64,000 nt of DNA from Camelus dromedarius (GCF_036321535.1 NC_087447.1:50966001-51030000); one strand, 5' to 3'; positions 12,985-27,444 are shown, counted from the first letter of the stretch. Notes: generated from the sequence alone by a model not told the origin. Numbers and translations are program-made.

Positions 12985-13100
12985 ATTATCATTTTCACTT
13001 GGAAAAAAGAGAAACTAAGGCTCAGAAGAGTTATATGACTTGATCAAAGTTACAAAGTAACCTAAAAATAAAGCAGAAACAGAATCCAGGTCTCCTCTAC
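12985..13100 (-). mobile_element. MIR fragment
   Basis: 'gaaactaaggctcagaagagttatatgacttgatcaaagttaca...agaatccaggtct'. Confidence 0.65.
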
Positions 13101-14669
13101 TGTTGACATTGTATGTGTCCAAAAAGAGGCAGGACAGAGTAGAAGCTTGTTAAAATACATTGCTTATTGGACACTAGAATTCATTCCCACATTAGAACTA
13201 TACCATTTCATGTTTATTGTGTATGAGCGTAGTACAATTCAGTGGCCAGATTCTTGCCCAGTACACATCCTTCACCTGCTTTTTCCTCATTAAAAAGAAA
13301 AATTTCTAACTAGTTTCTGTCTATAGTCACCCTCCACACCATGTCTTCCAGAATTATTATCCTAACTAGAAATCTGATTTATGCCAAATGTCTTAGCCTA
13401 CTTTTCAGGTCTTCCAAATCTGTCCAAGCCTATCTTTTTAGTCATGTTCCCCATTATTCTCCAATATGCCCTACATGATAACAGTACTGATCTTTCCATT
13501 TTATGTAGTCACACTCCATATTTTTCTGTCTTGCTGATGTTGTCATGATGTTTCCACAGTCTGGAATATTATTCCCCATCCCCACAAACACATGTTCAAA
13601 TTCAACATTCTTTCAAGAGCCCACTCTAGTGTCACCCTCTTCCGAGAAGCCTCACCTAATCCTCTTGGCTGGAAGTCACCTCTTCCTTCTCAGAATCCAT
13701 GCAGAATCTTATTTAGGCCTCCCTAATGACAATGATAATGCTCTGTCTGTGTTGGTTATTTTTGTCTATGACTTAGTTCCCTTCTAGTTCTAAATACATT
13801 GAATTAAGGACTATTGTAACTTTATATCTCATACTTATCTCTTTGAAGGACCCTGCATATAAACAGGAACTGTACATGTCTTAGTGATTTCTGTATCCTC
13901 AGTACTTATCACTCATATAATTATCAATATATTTTGCTGAAAGAAAAATTAATGCAAATGGCAGGGGTTGGGTCCTTCTGTATCAGACAGGAAATCAGTA
14001 GGGACAAGAAATTATGAAATCAGAGAAAGATGTATATGCCCTATGTATAAGTGGGCACTGAAAAACTCCAGTTACCTAAAAGTTATCCTCCAATAAGCTT
14101 TCGGCTTCTTCAAACTTCTCTATTGCCTGGCCTGAATTTCTCACACTGTATGACACTACTATGTCAGGAAACAGAGGCAGGGTCATTACTGTCTAAAGAC
14201 TTTTGCTAAAATGTACTTTGCACCTGGATTGGGGACAAGCATTTGCACATTAAAAGAGGTTTAACACACAAGCTAATTTGTAAGGCCCACTAAGACTGAT
14301 TCTCAGCAGATGATCTATGAAATGTGGTGGTCCATGCGTAAAAGGCAATGCCACGTGAAGCTGTGGGTGTTTAAAATGACAATACTGAGGGAACCAGAAA
14401 ATAAGCAATGAAACAGGGGAAAAGGAAAGGGGTGTTCTGCTACCTTTTCAAAAGATCAACATGGTAAGACACAACCTCTAACATCGTAAGTCTTTTTTCC
14501 TCCATCTATCGCTCATGCCTAATATTTAAGTGGCTGATGTAAACCCTACCTCTGCAAAGTGATCTCAGGTTCTGAGGGCTCCTAGCATCAATTGGGAACT
14601 ATATCAGAGATAGGAACTCCTCATGAGGCTTCTCAGGAAGGGTGAGGGAGATGTGGAAATACTACTCAC

Positions 14670-14763
14670 CAACAACAAGGACGTGTAGGCAGCCAGGATT
14701 CCAAATAAACTCAGCAAGACAAGGGACCAGAAGAACCAGACTCCTGTACCTAGAAAAACAACC
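14670..14763 (-). CDS. GDPD4: GDPD4 coding exon (W-VVFLGTGVWFFWSLVLLSLFGILAAYTSLLL), 94 nt
   Basis: Acceptor tttttccag|G, donor TTG|gtgagt. Phase 2 to 0. Transmembrane segment matching the GDPD4 'FLGTGYWFFWS' motif. Confidence 0.96.
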
Positions 14764-17009
14764 CTGGAAAAATGTGTTTCAATCCTTAAAATATAGTAGA
14801 AACTAGTATTGTCTGTGTCAAGGATAGAGGACAAGACTGGACTAGAGGAGGCATAAGAAAACAGAGGGGGACAAGACAAGAAGCAATTTGGGAACAGAAG
14901 TGTGAAGACCTTTGGGGATATTTAGTTGAGAGGTTTTAACTTTGTCCTCTAGGTAACTGGGTACTTTAATGGAGTTCTGTACAAGTTGCATGGTTTTAAG
15001 TTACTTGGAATACATACTGGAAAATTATGTACTCTTTCAAAAACAATATAATATAGAAATTCTGGAGTGCCAAAAGAGAAAAAGTCATCCATAAGTTCAC
15101 AGCCTTCATAAAGCTAATACTTTCCATTTTGGCAGGTTCCTTGTCCATATAAATGGATGTTTTCTTACATAATTGTAAGACACCATAATAATCTCTTTAT
15201 TCTATGTAAGAGATTTGGGCTCTTTAAAAACATCTCTGGCCTTTTCTGTTCTTAAAGTACTTTACGAGAGAAAATGGCTAACAGATTGATTTGCTAAGCT
15301 AAACAGTGTTATACTTAGTCTGCGTAATGTATGTCAAGGAATTTAGACTCTTCATTTCAAGATAACAGAAATTACTTCCTCTCCCCGTAAGATCTGGAGA
15401 AATTATATTTTAATGATATAAAATACAGATTAGTGAGCATACAACCACATTAAAAATAAGACTGAAAAATTCTCTTTGATCAGGGGCTAGAAGACGCACA
15501 GAGAGAAAGAAACATGCAAGCAGCCATCCTAGCAAGAGTGATCCCACATTGAAACACTGGGAAGGGTATTCTTTTACAAAAGATGAGCTCATGATCAGGA
15601 ATCAGAAAATGCGTAAGAAATTTTAACAAATTACCCCCAGTAAAGTAAATAGAATAAATTGCACACAAAAATATAATTAATAGAACATTCAGAAAAGACC
15701 CACAAAATAAATATATTCAAAATCTTTAGCGAGATAAAGGAAGGACTCATATCCACATATCAAGAATAGAATGTTTAAACACAAGCACAGGTATGATCAA
15801 AACAATGAAACAGATGTTGGGGGGAAAAAAAAAAACCCTGCAAGAGGGATTTAACAGCAGTCTAAATCCAAAGAATCAAATGGCTTAATCAAGTAGAGAT
15901 ACTGACTTTAACTTCCAAATGAGAAAGAAAAGTTAAGTTCTGACATTTAATGGTGACTCTTTTTTATTTTTAAAAGTTATTATTTTTCAGTCATACCAAC
16001 AAGTATGATTTATTATAGCAAAAGGATACAAAACAAATCAGCAAAAAGAAACGGCATATGTCAAGTCTGAGGCAAGCTAGACCTTTCAAGATCATTTCTC
16101 TGGCCACAAAGATTTTGTTTTAACTTCTTATCAACATAATAAACCTCTTTTGTACATTCCCTCACATGTAAATATTAGTTCAGCTCCAAATTCTCTCACC
16201 AAACTCAGGTGAAGTTCCCACCCACCTGTTGTGTACTGCAAACAAAGGAAGAACTGAGATATCTTTTCTTTCTTTCTCTCCTCCTACCTCTTCCTGTCCC
16301 ATTCACCGGTACTCACTCTAGGTGGCGGTAGTGAGTTAACACAAGGGAGTGAGAAGACTGAAAGGAGTTTGCTCGGGTGATTGCCTACATACATCAGTGG
16401 AAATTGAGAAAGGAAGTCTTCCTTGGTCATCATCTCTTTAAATCGGGAATATACAGTTACTGAAGACCATGCAGTAGGCTCACTCTAGTTTGCCCGATCA
16501 AGGCTTCTTCTGACACAGCATTTTCAAGTCGTTATTTCTATACTCTAGGCCACTGCTGTACATCCCTCTAGCAGAATAATCATGCTGCACTTTTGAAGTC
16601 CTTCTCATTCATCAGAGGCAGTGTTCTTGGGGAAGCCTAATCAATGCAAACTTCTAGTCTAAATGCACACACTCTGCATTAATATTTAAATAAATTTTCT
16701 AGGACCCCTTCCCCGCTTTCCCCTAGCAGCAAGGTTCAGCTTTCTTACATCTTCTTCTAATGCATATCGTACACAGTACAGTGCTTTATATCAGCAAAAC
16801 CAATTGTCAGCTGACAGTAACTCTGAGGGAAAAAACACATTTTGTGATGAGGCCCTGAGTACATTTACCTTGCAAGGAATAATGAGGAAGACAAGTCTAA
16901 CCACCCAACACATACAGGGAAAAAATCAGAAGTGACAGTTACTCCATCAAAACTTCTGCTCAATCTCACTCCAGCTAAGGGGAACATTTAAAATCTAAAT
17001 GAAGGCATC

Positions 17010-17295
17010 AGAGAGCCACCTGGCAGTGAAGAACTAACAAACCAACATCCATTTCTACAACCAGAAGGAACTGGATTCTGCCAACATCATAAGTGAACGT
17101 GTAAGTGGATTCTCATTCAGAGCCCCAGGTAAAGGTAGGCCAGTCAATACCTTGATTTCAAACTTATGAGATCCTAACCAGAGTATCCAGGCAAGCATGT
17201 CTCACTTTTGATCAACAAAACTGAGAGATAACAAAAGTGTATTGTTTTAGGCCGCTCAATTTGTGGTAATTTCCTAGGGCAGCCATGGACTCATG
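17010..17295 (+). mobile_element. MaLR LTR (MLT1D-like) fragment
   Basis: 'aaggaactggattctgccaac...accttgattt...ttgttttaggccgct.aatttgtggtaattt'. Confidence 0.75.
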
Positions 17296-17389
17296 AAACT
17301 TACTGGAGGCTTTAGGACCAATGGGAACTCACTGTCATATTTACAACTTCTTTTTGATGATGGAGTATTGTTTGGGGACCAGGATTCCC

Positions 17390-20300
17390 CCTGGCCATGC
17401 AGCCAGCCATGCCATGGTCCAACCCTGCTCACCAGCAGTATGCATCTTCCACACATGCAGGACCAGGCAACCAAACAGAATGAGGGCCAGGAACTTCTAG
17501 AAACTGAAAGTAGATTAGATGATGGAAAGAAGCACATAAGAGACCTGAAAGAGCGGAAATCATGAAAGCTGAGCAAAAAAAGAAAACAACAAAAAAAATG
17601 AGGATAGTTTAAAAGACCTCTGGGAAATATCAAGCATACTAACATTCTCAATATAAGGGTCCCAGAAGGAGAAATGAGAGAGAAAGGGGTAGAGCACATA
17701 TCTGAAGATAAAATAGCTGAAAATGTCCCAAAACTGGGAAAGGAAACAGGGCCAGGAAGGACAGAGAATCTCAAATAAGATGAACAAAAAGAGGTCCATG
17801 CCAAGACATTATATTTGAGATGGCAAAAATTAAAGATAAAGAGAGAATCTTTAAAAAGCAGCAAAGGAAAGGCAACTAGTTATATACAAGGGAACCCCTA
17901 GAAGGCTATCAGCTAAATTATCACCTGAAACGCTAAAGACCAGAAGGGACTGTCATGATATACTTAAAGTCATAACAGGGAAGAACCTACAGCCAACAAT
18001 ACTCAGCAAGGCTTTCATTCAGATTTGAAGGAGAGATCAAATGTTTTACAAATAAGTATGAGCTAAAAGGTAAGAGTTGAGCACCATGAAATTAGCTTTA
18101 CAAGAAATGTTAAAGGGACTTCAATAAGTGGAAAAGAAATGGCGACAACTAGAATTATGAAATTACAAAAGGAAAAATCTCATTGATCAAGGCAAACATA
18201 TACTAAGTTTAGTAGATCAATCACTTATAAAGCTAGTAGGAGGTAAAAAAAAAAAAGGTAGTAAGTCATCTTTATTCATAAGTGGTTACATCAACAAAAA
18301 ATATAGATTAGGGGGTAAAAATATTAAACATGGTAGGGGGATTAAACATGCAGAGTTTTTAAAATGTGTTCAAATGTAAAGGATCAGCAACTTAAAATAA
18401 TCACATATAATACAGACTGCTCCATATAAAGCTCATGGTATCCAAAAATCAAAAATCTGTAATAGACACAGACACAAAAGTGAAAGGAATCCAAACCTAA
18501 CACAAAAGATAGTCATCAAATCACAAGTGAATAAATTAAAAGAAGAGAAAATAAAGAACTACAAAGCAACCCCAAACAATTAACAAAATGGCAATGAGTA
18601 CTTACCTATCAATAATTACTTTAAATATATAAATAATTACATTTAAATATAAATGAACTAAATGCTACAATCAAAAGACAAACAGTGACTGAATAGGTAC
18701 AGAAACAAGACCCATATACATGTTGTCTATAAGAGACTCCAGATCCAAAGACACACAGATTAAAAGTGAGGGGATAGAAAGTCTTCTACGCAAATGAAAA
18801 CAAAAAGAAAGCTGGGGTAACTATATCTATATCAGATAAAACAGACTTTAAAACAAAGACTATAACAAAAGAAACAGAGGACATTACATTATGATAAATA
18901 GATTAATCCAAGAAGAAGATATAACAAATGTAAATACATATACACCCAAATAAGACCACCTAAATAAATAAAGTAAATATTAACAGCCATAAAGGAAGAT
19001 ACTGACAGTAACACAATAGGGGACTTTAACACCCTCTTTACATCAATGAACATATCATACAGACAGAAAATCAACCAGCAAACACTAGCCTGAAAGGACA
19101 TGTTGAACCGAATTAACTTAACAGATATATACAATACATGTCAACCAAAGCATTATATACAGTCTTTTCAAGGGCAGGTGGAACATCCTCCAGGACAGAT
19201 CACATGACAGGTCATAAAACAAGTCTCATTAAATTTAAGATTAAAATCATATCAAGCATCTTTTCTAACCACAATGATAGCAGGCTAGAAATCAACTACA
19301 AGAAAAAAAAATGGCAAAAAATACAAACACAGTGGAGCTAAACATTATGTTACTAAAAAATGAATAGGACACAAAATAAATCAAAGAAGAAATAAAAAAC
19401 GTACCTGAAGATAAATGAATATGAAAACATATTGCTCCAAAAATTTATGGGTCACAGCAATAGCCATTCTAAAAAGGAAAGTTTACAAGGATAAAAGCCT
19501 ACCTTAAACAACAAGAAAAATCTCAAATAAACAACCTAACCATACACTTAGAAGACAAGAAAAGAAGAAACAACAAAATCAAAAGTTAGTAGAAGGAAAG
19601 AAATCGTAAAGATCAGAGTGGGAATAAGTCAGAGACTAGAAAATAGAAAAGATTAGTCAAACTTAGAAGCAGTTCTTTGAAAAGATACACAAAATTAGTA
19701 AACCTTTAGCCAGACTCATCAAGAAAAAGAGAGGGCCCAAATCAACAAAAATCAGAAATGAAAAATGAGAAATTACAACTGACACCACAAAAATACAATG
19801 GGTCACAAGAGATTACTACAGGCAATTATACGCCACTAAAATCAACAAGTAGAAGAAATGGACAAATTCCTAGAAATGTACAATCTCCCAAGTGTGAATC
19901 AAGAAGAAATAGAAAATATGAACACACCAATTACTGGTAATGGAATTGAATTGGTAATAAATAAAACTCCCAACAAACAAAAGTCCAAGACCAATGGCTT
20001 CATAGGTGAATTCTATGACACATTTAAAGAAGATTTAACACCTTTCATTCTCAAACTATTCCAAAAAAAAAAAAAATTACAAAAGCAGCAATGCTTCCAA
20101 ACTCATTCAATGAGGCAAGCATCATTCTGATTAAAAAAACAAAGATATCACAAAAGAAGAAAATTAAAGGCTAGTATCACTAAAGAACACAGATGCAAAA
20201 CTCCACAACAAAATATGAGCCAACCAAGTTCAACAACACATAAAAGGATCATACACCATGCTCAAGGGGGATTTATCTCAGCAAAGCAAGGATGGTTAAA

Positions 20301-23167
20301 TATCCACAAATCAGTGGGATACACCAGGTTAACAAATTGAGGAGTAAAAATCATATGATTATCTCAATATATTCAGAGAAGGCTTCTGACAAAAATCCAA
20401 TATCCATTTATAAGAAAAAACTCTCAACAATGTGGGTAAAGAGGGAACACGCCTCAACATAATAAAGGCCAAATAAGGCAAGCCTACAGCCAACATCATA
20501 TTCAACAGTGAAAAGCTGAAAGCATTTCCTCTAAGACCAGCAACAAGACAAGGATGACTATTCTTCCCACTTTTATTCTATAGTTTTGGAAGTCCTATCC
20601 ACAGTTATCAGACAAGAAAGGAAATAAAAGGAATCTAAATTGGAAAGAAAAAAGCAAAACTCTTCAGTTGGCAGATGACATGATACTATATAGAGAAAAT
20701 CCTAAAGATGCCATCAGTAAACTACTAGAACTCATCAATGATTTTGGTCAAGTTATAGGGATAAAAAACTTACTATTCATAAATCTTTTGCGTTTCTATA
20801 AACTAACAACAAACATCAGAGAGACAAATAAGGAAACAAAAGCATTCACAATCAAAACGAAAAAGAAAAAAAATACTTGGGAATAAACTCAGCAAAGGAG
20901 ATAAAAGACCTATACTTGGAAAACCCTAAGACACTGATGAAGAAAACTGAATGTGATACAAACAGATGGAAATACATAGCATGCTCATGGACTGGAAGAA
21001 TTAGCATTGTTAAAATAACATTACTACCCAAGGCAATCTACAGATTCAATGCAATCCCTATTAAAATTGCATTTTTTCCCACAGAATTACAACAAATAAT
21101 TCTAAAATTTGTATGGGAATACAAAAGACTCCAAATAAGCCACACAATCTTAAGAAGAACAAAACTGGAGTTATCATGCTCCTTAATTTCAAACTATAGC
21201 ACAAAGCTACAGTAATCAAAACAGTACGGGACTGACCCCCCACCCCCAAAACAGACATATAGATCACTTAAACAGAATAGAGAGCCTAGAAATGAATACA
21301 CTTATATGGACAACTACTCTATGACAAATGAGGCAAGAATATCCAACAGGGAAAAGACAGCTTTTTCAATAGGTGTTATTAGGAAAAATGCACAGCTACA
21401 GGCAAAAGAATTAAACTGGACTACTTTCTCACACCATACACAAAAATAAACTCAAAATGTATTAAAGACTTAACTGTAAGACCTGAAATCATAAAACTTC
21501 TACAGAAAAACAAAGGCATTAAGCTCTGTGACATTGGTTTTAATAATATTTTTTGGTGGGTAGTATCTCCTTAGGCAAGGGCAACAAAAGCAAAAATACA
21601 CAAAAGGAACTCTACCAAACTCAAAAGTGTTTGCACAGTGAAGGAAACTATCAACAAAACAAAACGTAGCATACCAAATAGAATATTTCAAATCATATAC
21701 ATGACTGAGAGGTTAATATCTGACATATATAAAGAACGCACATAACTCAACAGAAAAAAAAATCTGATTAAAATGGAGTAGAGTATTTGAATAGGTGTTT
21801 TTCCAAAGAAGACATATGGATGGCCAACAGGCATATGAAAAGATGCTCAACATCACTAACCATCAGGGAAATACAAATCAAAACCATAATGAGATATCAT
21901 CTTATACCTGTCAGGATGGCTATTAACAAAAAGACAACAAAGGAGAAGTGTTGGTAAGGATGTGGAGAAAATGGAACACTTGGGCCTGTTGGTGGGAATC
22001 TAAATTGTTACAAACACTATGGAAAACAGTATGGAGATTTCTGAAAAAACTAAAAACAGACCACCACACACTCCAGTAATTCTACTTTGTGGTATTTTCC
22101 CAAAGAAAATAAAAACACTAATTCAAAAATATATATCCACCCCTATATTCATTGCAGTATTACTTTCCATAGCCAAGATATGGAAGCAACTAAGTGCCCA
22201 TCAATAGATGAAAAGATGAAGATGATGTTGGGTGTGTGTGTGTGTGTGTCTACACACATATATACACATACATACATATACACACATACATAAATACAAT
22301 GGAATATTCTTCAGCCAGAAAGAGAATGAACTCTTGCCATTTGTAACATCATGGATGGACCTGGACAGTATCATGTTAAGTCAGACAAGGGAAGACAAAT
22401 ACTTATGATTTAACTTCTGTGTATAATCTAAAAAACAAATGAACAAACATAACTAAATATAAACAGAGTCATAGATATAGATAACAAACTGGTGGTTTCC
22501 ACAGAGGAGGGGAGTGAGAGGAGGAGAGAAATAGGTGAGGGAGACTAAGAGGTACAAACTTTCAATTACACAATAAAAGTGTCACAGGCATGTAATGTAG
22601 AGTGTGGGGACTATGACTCAATAATTATGTAATATCTTTATGTGGTGACAGATGGTAACTAGAATTATCTTGGTGATCATTTTGAAATGTACAGAAATAG
22701 CAGATCACTGTATTTATACCAGGAAATAACATAGTGTTGTAGGTCAATTATACTTCAAAACCAAACAAACAACCCAAAACTCATAGAACAAGAGACTAGA
22801 TTTGTGGTTACCAGAGGTGGAGGTTGGAGGAGGGGGAATTGGATGAAGACAGTCAAAAGGTACAAACTTACTGTTACAAGAAAAGTAAGTACTAGGGGTA
22901 TAATACACAACATGATAAATGTAATTAACACTGCTGTATGTTATATAGGAAAGTTAAGAGAGTAAATCCTAAGAATTTTCATCAGAAGGAAAATATTTTT
23001 CTCTATTTCTTTAACTTTGTATCTATATGAGATGATGGATGCTCACTAAATTTATTGCTGTAATCATTTCATGATGTATGGAAGTCAAAACATTATTTTG
23101 TACACCTTAAACTTATACAGTGCTGTATGTCAATTTTATCTCTATAAAACTGAAAGAAAAAAAAAAG
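17390..23167 (+). mobile_element. Degraded long L1 (5'UTR remnant, partial ORF1, ORF2, extended 3'UTR)
   Basis: Multiple broken ORF2 peptides ([30 protein letters not shown]). ORF2 ATG near 18588; poly(A) at ~23157. Confidence 0.93.
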
Positions 23168-24640
23168 AGCACAGAAATAAATTTACACATATAGGATTAA
23201 TTTGCAACAAAGGAACCATCAGCCAAAAATAAATGATGGGGAAAGAACGTCACTTCAATAAACACTGCTGGGAAAACTGGACAGCTACATGCATAAGAAT
23301 AAAACTGGACCACTATCTTATACCATATACAAAAAACAACTGAAAACGGATCAAAGGCTTGAACATAAAATCTGAAATAAAACTCCTAGAAGAAAACATA
23401 GGTGGTAAGCTCACTGTCATCGGTCTTGGAGATTTTTTTGGATTTGATACCAAAAGTAAAGGCAACAAAAGCAAAAACAAGTGAGTGGGACTACAATAAA
23501 CTAAAAATAAAAGCTTCCGTACAGCAAAGGAAATCATCAACAAAATAAAAAGGCAACATATCAAATGGGACAAAATATGTATGAACCATATATGAGATTA
23601 AGGAGTGAATGTCTAAAATATATAAAGAACTCATTCAACTCAACAGGGAAAAAATGATTAAAATTGGGAAGAGACTCTGAATAGACATTTTTCCAAAGAA
23701 GACATCCAAATGGCCAACAGGTACTGAAAACGTGCTTATCATCACTAATCATTAGGAAATGCAAATCAAAACCACAATGAGATAACACCTTATACCTGTT
23801 AGAATGGCTATTCTTGAAAAGATAAGATATAACAAGTGTTTACGAAAATGTGGAGAAAAGTGAACACTTGTGCGCTGTTGATGGGAACGTAAACTGGTGT
23901 AGCCACTAAGGAAAACAGTATGGAGATTCCTTAAATAATTAAGAATAGAACTACCATATGATACAGCAATTCCACTTCTGGGTATTTGCCTCAAAGAAGC
24001 AAAAACACTAGCTCATAAAGATATATGTACCCCCCTCATATTCATTGTAGCATTATTTATAATAGCTAAGGCAGGAAAACAACCTTAGTGTACACTGATG
24101 AACTGATAAAGAAAATGTGTTATATACATAAAAGGGGTTATTATTCAGCCATATAAAAGAATGAAAAATGCCACTTATGACAACATGGATAGACCTTGAG
24201 GGCATTATGCTTAAGTGAAATAAGTCAAACAAAGAAAAATAACTACCATATGACCTCACTTATATGTGAAAGATAAAAAACAAACTGAACTCATAGATAC
24301 AAAGAACAGACTGGTGGTTACCAGAGGAAGGGGGTGATGGGTGAACAAAATGGGTGGAAATGGAAAAAAGGTAAAAATTTCCAGTTATAAAACAAACATG
24401 TCCTGGGGATGTAATGTATACAGCACAGTGACTATAGTTAATAAACTATATTGTATATTTGAAAGTTATTAAGAGTATTTCTTAAACTTTTTCATTTCCT
24501 ACAAAAAATTATAACTATGTATGATGGTTAATATTAACTAGACATCCTATGGTGATCATTTCACAATATACAGAAACAGTGAATCATTATGCTATACCTA
24601 AAACAAATGTAATATTGTATTTCATTTATATCTCAATTAA
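23168..24640 (+). mobile_element. Second L1 (ORF2 3' part and 3'UTR)
   Basis: L1 ORF2 C-terminal motifs and 3'UTR ending in tatatctcaattaaaa. Followed by older L1ME-like sequence to ~25620. Confidence 0.88.
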
Positions 24641-25060
24641 AAGTTTTTAAAAACTGGGAGAAATTTTGTAAAGAAATGAAATATTTTTATATTTCCAACA
24701 CTATGGAATAATTTAGAACTAATCCATAAATGAAAACTGCATATAAACTAATGAGAAAACTAAATCCCACAAAATAAAAATGCACAAAGGCAGAAAACGA
24801 AAAAGAAAATGAGTTAGTTAAATAAACCAGTTCTGATACTTAATCAATAATTAAAACAAATTCCATCTATAAAATGAATAAAAATGATTCAAAATTAGAA
24901 AATTAATGTTGTCAATGGGAGATCAAAATAGAAACTCAAATATCTCTGCTTAGTGGAAACTGTTAGTACCTTTTGAGAAAGTACTTTGGCAATAGACATC
25001 ATTAATTTTGCTAGTTTTATTCTTCTTGACTGAATAATGCCACTTGTGGAAATTTCCTGT

Positions 25061-25236
25061 ACGAATGTAGATAAAACACAAATTTCTTCTGTATAGCACA
25101 AGGAACTATATTCAATATCTTGTAATAACCTTTAATGAAAAAGAGTATAAAAACGAATATATGTATGTATATGTATGACTGGAACATTATGCTGTACACC
25201 AGAGATTCATAATTATAACTGACTGAACTTCAATAA
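25061..25236 (+). mobile_element. Short young L1 3'-end fragment
   Basis: 'ctgtatagcacaaggaactatattcaatatcttgta...gctgtacaccagag...cttcaataaa' shared with the copies at 11960, 34003 and 38521. Confidence 0.85.
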
Positions 25237-26255
25237 AGAATATAATTCAGAATTCAAAGATTTCTCTGCACTCTTATTCTATAAAAATAGGAAAATTGGA
25301 AACACTCATAATGCCTAACAATAATATGTGGTTAAATAAGTATACTAGAGTATCTTCACGTCAGGAAATACTTTTAAATCATTTTAAATGATTTTCATTA
25401 AGGGTTTTAAAAACTTGTCAAAATATTTGTAACCATTTCAAGTGAAAAGAAAAACAAAATTATATATATGGTATGAGCATAATAATATAAAAATAAAAAC
25501 AGGAAAAAAGACAGGGAAGTATACCAAGTGATTGTTACTCAAGAATAAGACTGTATTTTCTACATTTTTTGTATTTAAAACAACAAACTGTATTTTACTT
25601 CTATAAACAGAAAAATAAACTGTATTATATTTTTTACAAAGCCTCATACTCAAACATAACCCTTTCTCTCCCAAATACCAAATAATGAGTAAGATATGCA
25701 ACAATCAGGTAAGAGAAACTGGAAGAGCTGAGAGCAGTCCAGGAGTAGGAGTCTGGCCAGAAAAGCTGCTGAGATGGGACACCATTTCTGTCTTCAGAGT
25801 TTTAGGAAGCCCCTAAGGACAGAAGGAAGAAGCAGGGGCTAGAGGTGAGGCAGAGACATCAGGGTTCATGGACAGAGATCATGAAGACCAACTAACGTAG
25901 GCATCAGTATTTCAGACAAGAAGACTGAGGAACAAGGTGTCAGGGAGTCACCTGAATAGAAGGACTGGGAAACTGGAAGCACAGAGAAAGTTCCCCACTG
26001 AGCCAGATTTGGTCTAAGCGTGAGGGTGAGCACAGGTGGAAGGGAAGCATAAGAGCTGAGGGTGCTGAGCATCCTTACCCCTCCTCAGATTCAGGCCTCT
26101 CATCCCCCAGCTGTAGAAAGCCCGATTTTGTCCACCCTCCCTTTTATGCCACCAGATCTTTTGAACTTGAGGTAGGATCCATGTAGCTATTACACCAAAC
26201 AGCCCTTACACAAATGAAAATACAAAAAAAAAAAAAAAAAAAAAAAACCTCTCAC

Positions 26256-26359
26256 CAGTCAAAGCCATTGTATTCGTTGGAGGATTCTACCCACACGAAA
26301 ACCAAAAGCACAGACAAGCAAAGTGCAGTAAGTAGCCATGGGTAAAATAGTATCTCCAA
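26256..26359 (-). CDS. GDPD4: GDPD4 coding exon (LEILFYPWLLTALCLSVLLVFVWVESSNEYNGFD-W), 104 nt
   Basis: Acceptor ttctttctcttcccag|TTG, donor TG|gtgaga. Phase 0 to 2. Matches the recalled GDPD4 'WIETSSEYFNFDW' segment. Confidence 0.95.
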
Positions 26360-27444
26360 CTGGGAAGAGAAAGAAAGTCTAATTTAGCTCCATTTACCCA
26401 CGGTACCTTGGCGACACCTGTATATATTTGTTACAGGTCTGCATAGTTGCTTTGGTATATTACCCTTGCCGGACTGGAGTGACTATTGTATTCTTTTACC
26501 CCTATGGAATTTTGTATAAGCCTATTTATAATATTAGACTGAACTGGAATTATGTATTCACATGTTTATATCTGATCTGACAGTTTCTTCTTCGAGGAAA
26601 AGGAACTTCTCTTACATTTCTATGAACTGCCAATATCTATCATAGTTCCTAAAATGTAGCTGGCTCTCAACAATCATCTGTTGAATTCACTGATCTCTCC
26701 ATTTACCAAATGTTTGTTCATTCATTGACTCATTCATTCATTCATCCATAATTCATCAATTCATTTAGTCATGTATCTACCTACATGGGAGGGAAAGCAG
26801 TGAGGGAATAAACCTTTTTTTCTTTCAGTAGCTATTTTGCACCAGTACAATGCTAGGGACTTCACAAACTACTATCGTTTACTTTATTTCTCGATACTTC
26901 ATATAATTTGGTATTGTTAACCTCATTTTATGGAAGAAAGAACTAAATCTTAGACAAGTAAAGTTCTTGACTCAAGATCACACAGCCAAGAAGTGGCAGG
27001 GGCATTGCCCAGATCTGTGAGCCCAAAGGCAAGAAGGAGGGTAACTTTGTGAAGAAGGTATACAAGTTGAACCTTGAAGACAACCCCCTGCTTCCCTGAC
27101 TTGCTGCACTGAAAATCCTATCACAAATCAGCCAAGCCAGAGGTTGTCAAACCATTTCCAGGAACATTACCGTATCACACAAATAAGAAATTTTGCCTCT
27201 GGGTTACTGCTTTCAATCTGTTAAAATCCCTGCCCTGTATAAATTACGAGGTTATTGCGAAGACTAAGGATAAGGAAATAAAATGGAAACACAGAATACT
27301 CCAAAAAGATGAGAGACATTACAGATATTGAGGCACTAAACCACACTTCCTGAGTGTAGGAAAATGAAGAGCACAGGACCTGACTCCAGTTTATGCTCAC
27401 TCTCTACACAAAACATGTGGGGACATCTAAAAACATGTAGCAGA

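Noticed and set aside
17274..17864. 196-aa hydrophobic minus-strand ORF
   Set aside because: Antisense reading of A-rich L1 ORF1/5'UTR sequence.
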